From assembly GCF_009914755.1 (NCBI RefSeq), contig NC_060936.1: DNA of 64,000 bases. One strand, given 5' to 3'. A program made the translations under genes and the position numbers. The DNA comes from the human T2T-CHM13v2.0 reference genome, Homo sapiens. Numbering within the stretch: position 1 is the first letter of the stretch; each line of letters begins with the position of its first letter. Below, piece by piece: positions 28,653 to 43,552 of this stretch. Below the pieces are notes generated by a model. That model was not told where the DNA came from and searched no databases. It saw only the letters and a list, made by a program, of their open reading frames with translations.

Positions 28653-29694
28653 AAAGGGAAAGAGATAAAGTGTGAACAGATAGGTAAGAAAGCAGACAGG
28701 AAGGAGACTGTTTATGTTTTAGTTTGATCTTTTGATCTTACTCTCATTTTCTTTATCTTTTTTGGTCATTATGGGGCACAGAAAAAGAATACAGGGTTTT
28801 AGGATCCTTTACCAAAATTATAAATCAACCAATGCCAAAAAGGCAATGTAGTAACACAGTAAGTTGCTATTCATAGCACCTTTTATCAAGTGACTTCAAA
28901 GCACTTTCAACATTAATATAACTATTTTTGCTTTTGTTTTCTTTTGGGGAAAACTAGGGCAAAGAAAATTTGATGTCCAGTGAATTAACCGTCAGAACAA
29001 GAGAACAGAATGCAGCGGTATGAACTTGCTTTTTGTTTCGGTTCATGCACAGTTTAGTCTCGGACATAAACCTAACTAAAATCAAATTTTGAATTTCAGC
29101 AGTTAAAAGTCACCATTAACAATTTTGTTTTCCCCTTCAAATAAAACAAAATATAACAAAAAAAAGACCAAACACCAAAGTGTTGTCAATTCATCGGTAA
29201 GTGTGTTAGAATTGATTTCAGCCATGAATGCCTTCAATGGCATCTACCTGGAGCTAAAACAAAGTATTCTTGTAGCCCAAACTCATGAAATGAAAACAAA
29301 GCATCTTTCATAACATGGTGTAAAGTAAGTATCCAGCAAACGTGAGAGGTGAACCCACATAAATCGGAAGGAATTTGTTAACAAAGACAGAGAACAAATT
29401 TTTTAAAAATCTGTTTTCACATTGTACATAAAAATGATATAAAAACAAGTGTCTATTTTTTCCTTATCCAGAGTGCTTAAAAACAAAACAAACAAAAACA
29501 AAAAAAAATTGGCTCTAGATGACTGTGGCAATTAAATAACTAAAATGAGTGATGAGAGCATAAGTTAATTAAGATTGAACACGACCCTCCTATTAATTCA
29601 CTCCTTTGTTTTAAACATCAGAACTGATATTGTTGGGGCCAAAATTCTTAAAAAAGAGAAAACTTACGGAAAGAGAAGTAAAATTGTGGGTAAA

Positions 29695-29729
<35 letters not shown>

Positions 29730-29761
29730 GTATATATATATATACATATACATACATATAT
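29695..29761. repeat. (TG)n/(TA)n microsatellite in 3' UTR
   Basis: Directly visible. Confidence 0.93.
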
Positions 29762-29893
29762 GAGTTGGAGATGGAAATTTGTTTTAAATATCTAACAGCT
29801 TATTGGCTGCACTTCCAAATCAGAGCAGAATAAAATAGAAAGGGAGAAATAAAATAAATTATACATAACTTACTAATCTGGGAACAGCTGACC

Positions 29894-29944
29894 ATTATTA
29901 TTATTATTACTATTATTATTATTATTTTATCATCATCATCATTA
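29894..29944. repeat. (ATT)n(ATC)n trinucleotide repeat in 3' UTR
   Basis: Directly visible. Confidence 0.93.
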
Positions 29945-30111
29945 CAACACTAGCAAAAAGAGGCAGTTCAAATGTAAATAAAGTCATCAAAAACAAACAA
30001 ACAGAAAAACAAACAAAATGAAATCTCTGACATGCAGGATATGATCAGCTCCTCCAAGCAAAACCCCAGAGCAAGTCTTCTGAGAGAGAGAAAAATAAAA
30101 GGGATTCTTTT

Positions 30112-30117
30112 TTTATT
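30112..30117 (-). terminator. SOX5: Candidate proximal poly(A) signal AATAAA (~1.9 kb UTR)
   Basis: TTTATT on the plus strand, followed on the minus strand by pyrimidine/U-rich sequence. Confidence 0.55.
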
Positions 30118-32017
30118 TATATGTAAAAATCCAACTTTAGGGTGGTGTTTCGGGGGGTGAGATAGGAAAATGATGACTGGAGTGAAAACTATAGCACATC
30201 AAGCTACTAGTTGCAGTATTTACTATCTATCTGATACTTCAATACAAATAATGGCAATTGACTTGAAATGATTTTGCATTTATTTGTACAGGCCCTACAA
30301 CTGCCTTGGCATTTGGCTGGCAAAATCTACATAAGCAGTCCCATCACATTCAGTTGTTGCTCTTTGCAAATACTCTGCTTGAACCAAAGTTGGACTTCAG
30401 TGGATTAATCTGACAGCAAGGGAAGAGCAGTGGCAAGGATCCCTGGGTGCAGCCAGGCTCCATTTTATTGGGCTGCAATGACTTTTAATTAAATCCTACT
30501 TTTTATGGCATGAACTACATATGGCCCACACTTCTGAAATGCTAAAGGCCTCCACCTCACTTCATGGAGGGGTGAAAAATACCTTATAAAATCATCAGTT
30601 TCATTTCCTGATCGGGAAAGGATGGAATGTTGAAGAAATAAGCTAATTCTATTTGTCTGAAAAAATGGCCAAATATATTCAATGAAAACAATGATTGTTT
30701 TGCTCAAAATATCAACAGGAAAAACAAAAATCACTAAGTAGCAAACGTTAATGGAACCAACTGACCAGGGAGAAAGGACATCTGGGAGCAGTTTGCTAGT
30801 AGCTTCCATGTTATACATGCACACCTCTATTACACAGGGCCACCTGATCCATCCAATAATAATCAGACATTTAAAAATATAATTTCTGAGCCCTATACTT
30901 GGTTAAGTTGTCATTTGAAGTGCAAAGTCAAGGTCAAGATTATTTCTAGACCAGTCACTTGGGAGGATGTGGGATTTCATCCCCAGATGTGGGTTTAACT
31001 CACAATGGTCCAACGTTATTCCTATTATTAGTACCATAATCACATACATACATACACACAAAAATCCAAGATCAGAAAATATTTTTCTCTAAATTTCTTA
31101 TGTCTCTCTCTCTCTCTCTCTTTTCACCTGAGAACAGCACCTACAGTTTCCATTAAAAAAAAAAGTCAAATCTCACCAGCTGCTGGTATTTCAGGTTTTT
31201 CAAGGGATTGTCTAAGATTTAACACTGTCCTAACTTAAGAAGGAAAAGGAAAAAGTAAAGAGAAAAAATGAACTTGGTCAACACTTCAGTACAAATTTGG
31301 CACTTGCTCAAAGATGTAGTGTGGTGTGCAATAGATAAAGTCCTCTAAAGAAAATAATTGCTTATTTTGTGGTGGATAGCAAGGAAGTTAAAAACAGGCT
31401 CTTTTTCCCTCTTTCCCCTCATGCACAGACTTCCATCTTTAAAGTAGAGAGATGGAGAAGGTGGAGAGAAGTAAAGAGAAATTCATTTTTCTTTTTTTTC
31501 TGTCAGGTGCATTACAAAGAAAAAAAATGAAAGGAAAGAAAAAGAAAAGGAAAAAACCCAGAAACCCCAAAAAACAAAACAAAACTTTTTTCTTTTTAAA
31601 AATTGTAGCACAAAACAACAAAACACATTCACAAGCCACTTGTTGGCACTGTGTACCTGAGTGAGAATTTCTAGAACATTGTAGAACAAACAGCCATAAA
31701 GTTTATTTAAAAAAAAAAAAAAGTTGACGGGTAAGACTTCAGTGCTTGGATGTAGCAGCTGAATTACTGGCATTATTTTACCCATAGCTTATTTCAATCT
31801 CTTGTTGTTGATATTGTTGTTTGCTTGTTGTATTTGTTTTTTCTTTCCAAGCCTTTTGAGGCTGAGGTCTATTAGTCAGCTGATGTCCCAACTATTTAAG
31901 ACTAACAGTTAAAGTAACAGTCAGTGTATGAGAAAGTTAATGTGCTTGGCCACTGGTAAGGATGAACCAGTTAGGGCTTCTTTAAGTCCTAAGGTCACAA
32001 CAATCTTTTGACCCTTA

Positions 32018-32368
<351 letters not shown>

Positions 32369-32486
32369 TTAGATGTGGACTTTACTACATAATTAATTTG
32401 CTCAGCAATGTCCAATTCTAAGGTACTAATTTTATCTAATTGCCTAACATTTTTCAAACTCCATCCTACTTGAACTTTAATACCTT

Positions 32487-32836
<350 letters not shown>

Positions 32837-33164
32837 TAGAGTACAAGATATTGACATGTGTTGTCCATCTTATTCTTAATCCTGTTTGTTACTACTGTTT
32901 TATTAAAAAACTGAGGTGCAGAAAGATGAAGCAGAAGAACCCAGGTCCTTGATTCCAAGTTCATTTTTCTTTCATTATAACATGCAGAAATAGTATTTTT
33001 CCCTAGAATTAAATCTAAAGATAATTAAATTTTAATGGGAAAATCCTAAAGCATTAGAGTTCTCAAAATAAAACTTTACTGCCCAGAACACACCAGAACT
33101 GAACAAATTCACACTGTCCACTGAGTCTCTGAAACAGTTCTGGCCTCGTAGTGGTAGGAAGCAG

Positions 33165-33325
33165 GAGCAGCTTCATGGATGTACAAACTGTGCAACTGCA
33201 CTAAGGTCCCATACTTGGTTTAAAGTTGTGCTGCCACAGACTTGAAATTCTTAATAACTTTTTAACAAGAGACCCTGTCTCCTCATTTTTGCATCTGGTC
33301 CTATAAATAATGTAGGTGGTCCTAT
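33165..33325. mobile_element. MER91-like hAT-Tip100 relic
   Basis: GACTTGAAATTCTTAATAACTTTTTAACAAGAGACCCTG...CATTTTTGCATCTGGTCCTATAAATAATGTAG resembles recalled MER91. Confidence 0.45.
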
Positions 33326-34157
33326 TGGAAAGGATGAATAGATGATGTGCATTTATGCTTGTTTTTATTCATTCGTATGTTTACTATTTGCCCAAGAACT
33401 GTTGGGCATTGTGTTTAGCTTTGTGAGGAGTCATGTGCTTGCATATGAATCACAGACCACTGGACAGAGCATGCAGCCTCTTCCAAGGAACTGGAGGGGA
33501 CAGAGCAGATTTGGAAAGGTTTTATGAGTCCTTCTCTGCCCATATTTAGAACAATATTTATTATTCTAAGAAGCTCTTAGAAACTAACTTCTGTTTCAAA
33601 TATGAACAACTTTATTTTGGGTTTTTGAGAGAATTCTATAGAAGCAATGCATTTCTGTAGCCCATCTACAGCACTGTCAACAACCTTGCCACGGGAGCAT
33701 TGTAAAACATCTCGGAGCTGCGTTCTCAATTCAGAATGAAACCTCCTGTTCCCAACCTTGTTACACCCTAAATATAATCCCTAGCTTGTGTGATCCACAA
33801 AGGCCACACATGTACCTTGATAGCTCACTAACCTCTCTATATTTAGAAATAAGTATTTTTGCTTTTGAAATGATTTTTATTTTGTATTGTCTCAACAAAG
33901 TTGTTAGTTTTAGAATTTATCATGGTGAAGCTTAGGAAGTAATGCAAACCAATGAAGAAAAGAACCAGTTATACTTCTAAGTTTTTAATAGAAAACTTCA
34001 AAATCATTTGCTTGTAGATATCTTGTTTTTAAACCAGTTGTTAACAAATCTCATGGTAGAGCTAGGAACTTGCAGTGGATTCATATGGACATATTTTTCA
34101 AGATCATGTGGGAGACTATTTGTCTCTGAAAATACTGTGAGCTCAGATTCTTTTTCA

Positions 34158-34484
<327 letters not shown>

Positions 34485-35019
34485 TTAGGATTCCAATTTG
34501 CACAGCTTCTAAGCATTCCAGAAAGTGATATGGCTGAGAACAAGAAAATCTAAAGTTGAGATGTTAGCCAAAACCCAGAAATACATAAACCTGTTTTTGA
34601 TTAGTGAGATCCCACAAGAACAGAGGTGGTGGTGGTTTTGTACCTAAAGATATAAACACTGGGCAGTATTTTTTTTTTTCTGGTTTGCATTCTAGCCAAA
34701 CTTTTGTATTATGTCCCTTAAAGCTCATAGATAATTTAATGGATACATTTCTCATTTCTACATTAGATCATGATATAATTCACATGTGAACAGAAAAGTT
34801 ACATGATATGTTATCATGCATTTTGAATCTGAGACTAATTATCTAGTTATTGAATATTTTTATGTGGGAGATGTTTTTTACTACAAAAGTTCCCAACATA
34901 TATCATGTAGTCTCATCCTCCCCAAAATGTTTAAGTATTTTAAGCTTACAGGAATGGTAGTAATTAAAAATTCCTTTGATTAAACATTTAATTATAATTA
35001 AAATTATAATATTAATAAA

Positions 35020-35230
35020 CATGGAGTGGGTAACTACTATGTGCCAGACACTGTGCTGAAACCTTGACATACTGATGTCTTTTTCCTACCTTTCACCTCA
35101 ATCTTATAAAAGAGACAGCATTTCTATCTATTTTCATAGATGAGAAAATTGAGATTCAAATAGATGGACTAACTTAGCCAGGGTCATAATTACTGAAGTA
35201 CAGATCTGTGACTCAAACTCAGATTTGATA
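35020..35230 (-). mobile_element. MIR
   Basis: ACTACTATGTGCCAGACACTGTGCT...TTTTCATAGATGAGAAAATTGAGATTCAAATAGATGGACTAACTTAGCCAGGGTCA (MIR core). Confidence 0.8.
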
Positions 35231-35577
35231 TAACTTAAATTGTGCTATAATGTATGCCCTTTCCTACATATGGCCACCTACTATACAAAATATAGCAGAG
35301 GTCACAATTACTGTAAATGCGTATTACGATTTTCTCTTAATAAATCAATTTCAATAACATACAAAGACGTCACTTCCCATGATACAGTCTGCTTTAGTAA
35401 TAATAACCCAAATTGTTTTCCCCCTTTCTTTTCACTATTAATTTTGGTGTGAATTTAGCTGGGATTAAAAAAGACAAGTTTGAAGCTTAAATAAAAATAG
35501 TTTATGCTAATTCACATTTTAGATATGGTTTAAAACTTGGATTCTGTCAGTATGGCTATGTGTAATAGAAGTGGTAA

Positions 35578-35730
35578 TGTGTCCGGAATTGGTGGGTTCT
35601 TGATCTCACTGACTTCAAGAATGAAGCTGCGGACCCTCGCGGTGAGTGTTACAGTTCTCAAAGGCGGTGTGTCCGGAGTTTGTTCCTTCTGATGTTCGGA
35701 TTGAGAGGTGACAGCGTGCTGGCAGCCCTC
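35578..35730. mobile_element. Rearranged LTR12 (HERV9) remnant: reverse-oriented 3' terminus fused to forward 5' terminus
   Basis: 35578-35700 TGTGTCCGGAATTGGTGGGTTCTTG... is the reverse complement of the LTR12 3' end; 35702-35730 TGAGAGGTGACAGCGTGCTGGCAGCCCTC is the LTR12C-type 5' start. Confidence 0.85.
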
Positions 35731-36557
35731 AGTAGTAATAGCGTTTTTTTTTTTTTAATAGTGATTTAAAAATCTATTTGCAGATGAAGTGTGTTTATCT
35801 GCAAATAGTCATCTCAACTCAACGCGAATGCACAAAGACCGATAAACTGGAACTAGGATATCCCTACCAAATGGCCTTATACCTGCCTTCAAATGTCATC
35901 TAAGTAAGATCTTAGAATCTTTCGAATGAGTTCATTACTCACCCGTAACTCCCTATCTTAAATGCAAATAGCTCACTGTTGAATAGTTCTTCCTTACACA
36001 TGTAAAGAGTTCCTCAATATGGGCTGTTACATTTATTAAAGCATACAGTGAAAGAGGCAATATCTCTTCCCTTAGAAATGTTACCATTGGAAGAGATATT
36101 GTATTGCATAGGTATAAATATAGATTTTTCCAAATCTAGAAAGCCAATGTGAATTTATTCTATTTACAGTATAAACTCAGGTTACAGTGCAAATAATAGA
36201 GTTTCTTTTTCTATTCCTTTCGTAAACTTCTGTTTAAATAGCATCATCCAACATTAGGTTGGTTGGTCAAGCCATATCATTTGTAGGGACAATCTCAAAC
36301 TCCTTGTTGGCCCAGCATTATTCTCTGAAGATACTTGAATACCATTATGTTATTCTCAGGGCCTATATAAACACAGATATGGTTATGATCCTATTGAACT
36401 AGAACAACCGTTTTCATTGAGTTTCTTCCAAGCATTTATACCAGTTTTTTGAACTTCAGATCAGGGAGTGGAAAGTGAGCTTACCATAAATAACTCACAA
36501 ATAGGAATACACTGATAAATGGATCAAGGATGGTTGATCTAATATAAAATTTATTAG

Positions 36558-36902
<345 letters not shown>

Positions 36903-38030
36903 AAGCATTTTCAATTAGAAGGGGAATTGCCAAAGATTCTTCCCTAAGTTTAAATGATCTATACGCCAAAAGGCTTTGGCCTCTCAAAGGAAAGAAAATG
37001 TTTATGCTTAGAAGTAATCTGCCTTGGAATGCGAGAGCTGTTTGTTTGTATATTTCCTACTATGTACATAATGTTGCATTCATTCCTTAATAAATATATA
37101 GTAGTGAGTGAATACAGAAAGTTATAGTTCCTGTCTCTTTGCAGCTTATATTCAGTCAGGGAATATACATTAAATATCTAATTACAAAATTTATTATTTT
37201 CCTTATAGTTGTAGAAAGTACAGGAAGGTAAGAGAATATGATGAGGCAAGATCAATCCTCTGCAGGTCAGGAAGGCTTTGCTGTAGAAATGACTCCCGTG
37301 GGGCTCACAAAGAGAAGAGCATCCTATTGAGGAAGAATATAATAGTTGAGGTCTTTCGGTGGAAAGAGGAGTTAGACTAACTTAAAGAAAGCTGGTCTGG
37401 CTTAAAAAAAAAAAAAAAGAGGAAAAAAAGATGCGTGTATGTAAAGAAATGGGATAATAAAAGATGTGTAAATTCTCAGATAAGTTGGCTTCCAAATCTG
37501 GCATGAACGGGAATTATAAAATAGTTTAACTCTTGATAGTATAATTTCTTTGAGAGTATCACTGAATCCTAAATTACACTTTAAAATATGGCCATATAAT
37601 AATTCCAAGTCTTTTCAAAACTAAGAATAAAGATAGGCTAAGTACTAACCGGGTCAAATGGCTGACTGACTACTATATTTTATGACAGTACAGGGCAGTG
37701 TTTCCATTTGGTGGTAAATCCAGTTTTCATTTTCAAAATAGTAACCTTGAATTAGCTTAACCAACTGACAAGTTTGGTTTTGATTTCAATGGCTTTGCAG
37801 GTACTATAACCATTGTATGCAGCTGAGGTGTTAACTAACCCCTGAAACATACTTGATGAGAATGGCAGGAAAATATTTTGGATAAACAACAATAAAAAAA
37901 AAAAAAGAGAGAAAAAATATCTACTTGATTTGGGGGTGGCTGGCTGCTTACTCTGGACTGATGTACAGGGAGTTTATTCATTCCCTGCTGCTTTCAAAAG
38001 GTTGTCGTTTTAGAATAAAAAAGCAGAGAA

Positions 38031-38158
38031 GGAGGGATAGCATTAGGAGATATACCTAACGCTAAATGACGAGTTAATGGGTACAGCACACCAGCATGGC
38101 ACATGTATACATATGTAACTAACCTGCACATGGTGGACATGTACCCTAAAACTTAAAG

Positions 38159-38200
<42 letters not shown>
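38031..38200 (+). mobile_element. Very short 5'-truncated L1PA 3' end with (TAA)n tail
   Basis: GGAGGGATAGCATTAGGAGATATACC...CTTAAAGTA(TAA)n; TSD AAAAAGCAGAGAA(GGA) at 38018-38033 and 38201-38216. Confidence 0.93.
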
Positions 38201-38205
<5 letters not shown>

Positions 38206-39593
38206 GCAGAGAAGGACAATTGGGTTTTCCTCCTGATGACAAAAGAGGAAGTTTCAATCAAAAGTATTTGATGCTCAAAATAGGGGAAAAAATAAGGTCC
38301 AACGATTATTCCTTTCCTTTCTAAATCTGGCAATACACTGAAAGTGAAGAGTTTGCGCTGGGCAACATTGTCATCTCCGTGGGGTCTGTAGTGAATTTGC
38401 ACATTTTACTCCAACTAAACTACTGTATATCTAATCAGAAAAAGATGTCCCTCTTCCCCTGATCTAGCGCCAAGCAGTAAAAGGTGATTCCTTATGTTAA
38501 CAATTTCAGCAGAATGGCTTATTAAAACCAGATTTTAGGGTATTATAAAATGCTTAGAAGCCCTTTAAAATGTCAACTACGATCCCCAGAGACTACGTAA
38601 AATGTCAACCCAGCTCAAGCGCCTGTTTTAAGCAGAATGAATTAGCGGCATGCTGTCGGAGGCTGTTATCCAAAACAATCAGCAAAGAGGAAAACATCAA
38701 GCTTTCTTTGTACTTTTGTATGAAATGGGTCATTTAGAATGATCTTGTGGATATTTGAAGATCACTTATTTATTTAAAGCTGTGACTAAATATTGAGGCC
38801 CAAAATACCTCAATGTTTTATTTGTTCCTAAATATAAATGTTATATCTTTAAAGAATACATTTTCATCAGAAAGACTGAAATTAGGCAGTATTCTCTTTC
38901 ATGTTGTCTATTATAATATAATCATATGGTCATTCTAATATTCTTTCCCTCAAATCAGAAGGGAATTCTCATAGCCAGTCATCTCTTTTCCATAGATACT
39001 TTTGCTACATTTCCTAAAATATCATTTCTTATCATCAAAACTGATATTTCTCTTATAGTTAAGATAGTTTTAATTAATGATTATCACCTTTTTGGTATTC
39101 AGACACAAGAATTGAATAATATAAAGACAGTTTTGAAATCTTAGTATTTAACTTGGTTTTTATTCTGACAATTTTGGATTTCTAATTTGGGAATAACTGA
39201 TATATTAAAACATGAAATATGCTTACATAAAGTATTCTTTTCTAGAGTTTTCCCAAATGAAACTGGTATGTTGTTTTTTAAAGATAGGAAATTTCACATG
39301 GAAGGTAGAATATAGTCACAAAAAATATAGTCACAAAAGGGAAAAATAGATCAGAGCTGGTAGAGATGTAAAAAAATGTGTATTTCCTCTTGATCAGTTC
39401 AAGTTTTTGATTATGCATGATATATATTTTTACACACAGATTTTCATATTTTCTATGTATACTACTGAAAGCTTTGCATGTTCATGTCTTTTTAGATAAC
39501 ATTTAGGTGAAAAATGAGACACAATTTTAAGTGGCTAATGGTTTGTTTTGATCCCATTACAAATGCACCTTGTGGACTAGGTGGCATCTATTA

Positions 39594-39920
<327 letters not shown>

Positions 39921-40989
39921 TCATGCATATGTTTGCCATTTATAGATGATCTGTAATGAATCAAAAGTGATACTATTTTTATAAACTCCGTGTAATTCCA
40001 AGTGCCTTACGAATTCTAATAAAACTTTAATAATTTTGACAAATTTTGTTACTTATTTGTTAAAACCAACATTTTCTGATAAAATGTTTCTATTCTATTT
40101 TTGTCACTTAACTCTTAGAAGTCACAGAGTGAATCATCAAAATTTTCTTAGGTTGTCTAGTATCTGGCCATCAGACAGTGATGAATGACAATGACAGTGA
40201 TAATGATGTCAGATAAGGCACAAAAGCAATGGAATCTTCTTTTTTTCTTTTTCCCCCTGGGACCTGAACTGGTCTATAATAGGTATCTTTATAATCAGCA
40301 CCCTTTCTCCCCAACCATTTTTCCTGTGTGCTACAGTCTCTGTGTGGGTAGAGTAAATGCGTACTTTGTTTTCTGTTCAATTGAATGTTGCAATGGCAGA
40401 AAAGTATTTAGTATGACTAAAAGTACCTTTAGTACTTAAGGTTACTAAAAGTATAAATGTAAAAATGTACACTCTACATCTTCTTGTGTTCTGAAAATCT
40501 AAAACTGATTTTCAATTATAGCACTGGAACAAACATCTTCCCCACCTCCACCCTCACCCCCACAACAAGATGAATTCCGCAAATAAAACTCCTTATCCTT
40601 CTGTTACAGAGGATGATGAGAGAGGAAGGAGGCCTTAAGATTAACAGTAAGTTGTCTATAGTATGCAAGGAAATGAATACAAATGATCAGTAGCAATATC
40701 TAGTGGCTCATGTGAAAGCAACTTTTTTCTCAGCTTTAGTAAAAATATTTCTAGATTTTTGAAGAAGATAAAGCATTAAAATAATTAGTATGAAGACAAA
40801 CAGCTACATGAGCTATAGAAATATGGCATATTTCTCAATGGACATAGAATGCTTCATCACCAGAAGAAGCCTCAATGATGATGTTTATTTTCTGGATAAG
40901 CAAATAACACGACCTGTATGGCCTCCAAATCCAGGATCCTTCCACAACTGCAGAAAACAGAACAGTACCTTTATTCCATACGTCACTTA

Positions 40990-41199
<210 letters not shown>

Positions 41200-43552
41200 T
41201 CACTTCGTGTTAGCGTTAAAACTTTTGTCAGCTCTTTTCCTTGCATTCCTATTTTTCAGTCTATTAAGATATCTGAAAAGAAAAAGTACTTCTGATAATG
41301 GTACTTCCAGTTCTTAAGACAGATGCTTGTTTATGAAGTTTTTCTGATAAGCCTTGTGGTGGCAAATGTTATATTTGTATTTTTAACCAATTTCTAATCT
41401 GTTTTCTCTTTCTTTCAATGGACTGTTTCACCATTTACTTTCAACAGCTCAAAATAAACTCCGATATGTGATTTTTGATGCAATTCGGAAAGAGGATAGT
41501 CAGATTAAATCAACAGGCATACCAGTAGTGTAGAAACATTAAATAGGTAAAGAAGCACAAATCAATTTGGCAGAATGGATGATTATAGGGGAGGATATAT
41601 CTTTGCTACTTAAAGACTGTCTGAACATATAGTACCTTATGTTCTCTTTCTCTCTCCGAGGTTACAAAAATAAAAACACTGACCAAATTTTGAGGTTAAA
41701 AACAATATAGGTATTTCCCTGTAATATAATTGGCTTTTCTTTGAAATTATATGCTGACAAATGCATGACATATGCTGATACAGCAATGACAGGTCTGCCC
41801 CCCAAAATATATGTAAAACTGGTATGGAAAAGAACAAATGAACAGTTACATTCCTCTAGTTTCTTAAGGAGTCTACAGTCACATGTTTAAGATGAGAAAA
41901 ATAATAATTTCCTTTGAATTTTCCCCCTAATATTTAAAGTTATCCAAAGAGTCCCATGGACAGTCACATTTCAATCAGTAAGATTCACAGATGATAAAAC
42001 ACAATTCAAGAGTTAACAACGATAGCTTTGGAAGCTGCATTCACTCCTCCAGCCTTATGTGACCCCTTAGAATGGCTTCAGCAGATTAAATTGCTTCCAA
42101 GATACTTGAGTTTAGGCAAAGAGAAAATAAGGAGAACCAGTAGAACTCTGACAGTAGGTTTTCACTGGGTATTATCACAAAATAAGTAGATGTATTTTGA
42201 TAGTATCCAAAACTTTAAAAATACTTTGGGGACTTGTAGAGACTGTATTATCAACAAAAGCACTGCTTTTCTTTTCTTGCTTTGTATTCATTCCTCATCT
42301 TTTCTTTATTTTTAAATTTGGAGACACAGGAATCAAACAAAATTGCCCAAACTTGAAGACCTCTATAGCAGCACATTCAAAACATAGCATACCTGTTGGT
42401 GAAGTTTCTCAATATTTTTCATTAATAACATGCTCTTTGATTTAATGAAAAGTAGAAAATATTTCACATACAAGCATGATTGAATTTAGGTAATGACAGC
42501 AACAAAAACTTTGATGTGTTAATGCTGATTACTGTGGGTATATTTTATCATGCTAATACAACTTAAAATTTATGAAATGTGTTATTACCCGTAATTGTCT
42601 TTTATTGACAAAATAAGTGCAAATATATGGCAACATCTTCCTAAAATGGGTTTGTAACTAGCAAGTGATCATTTGCACATCTGCCTTTTCTTGTTCTTAC
42701 ACCTTACAGCAACATAAGCAATAAAATGAACATTATGTGTCTTCATCAAATCTAAACAAGCTCTTTAAATGTACATAGGCTAGGTTTATCTTAGCTAAGT
42801 GGAGCTGAAAATAGAAGAAAATGTTTGCAACATTAGACCCAGAAAAATGCAAATTGAATCCAATTGAGTAAAATTCAGTTTTGATAGAATTACGTGTTTC
42901 AACGTTCAGGTTTGTTTAGTCCCTTGATTAGTATAGACCTGGTCTTAAAAGTAGAATTGGCCCAAGGCACAGAGTAAACAGTTGTGTATATTGGAGGATT
43001 CAAGGGGACCCCCTCTCAAAGTATGCATCTCACTGGTTTGCCTTTGTGCACTCTTCTCTATATGCAGGGAACTTCCCTGTAGTAGTAACAAAGTTGAGGG
43101 CGGTACTGCCAAAGGAATGCTTAAAATGCATGGATGCCACCTGACAGTAGAGAGATGTTCCCGGTCAGGGTATTGTATAAGAAGAACAGCACTTCCTTCT
43201 TTTTCCCTCTTTGCTACGCTATTAAAAATCAGAGTATCAATTTAATTTCTTCTCACTGTGGATGTTTAGAATGTTCAGAGATGATACAGAAAACAGAAGT
43301 CTGAAGGCCTATGAGAAGGGAGCATAAAGCTGTGCAGCTGGTTTCTAGTTAGGTTATAGAGAGTGGGCCCGACACTTGACTATGTAGTACATAGCACTAG
43401 GGAGAAGGGTTCCAAAATGTAAGAAACTATCGTGGAAATGTCCTCTGAGCCATGTATTCTGGTGAGGGCTTGACAAATAGAAACTTAAAAAATGAGCCAA
43501 TAGAAACAAATTTCTGAAAAAGTTCATTTTGGGTACAAGAAATAGGGAAGTG

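Larger units (their letters stand above)
27303..32017 (-). other. SOX5: SOX5 3' UTR (long isoform, ~4.7 kb; end approximate)
   Basis: Continues from the stop codon, AU-rich, no interspersed repeat that I recognise, ends about 20 nt after AATAAA at 27321-27326 with UG/U-rich downstream sequence. Confidence 0.75.

Noticed and set aside
39309-39338. Tandem AATATAGTCACAAAA duplication (similar one at about 63234-63270)
   Set aside because: Ordinary short slippage duplications with no further structure.
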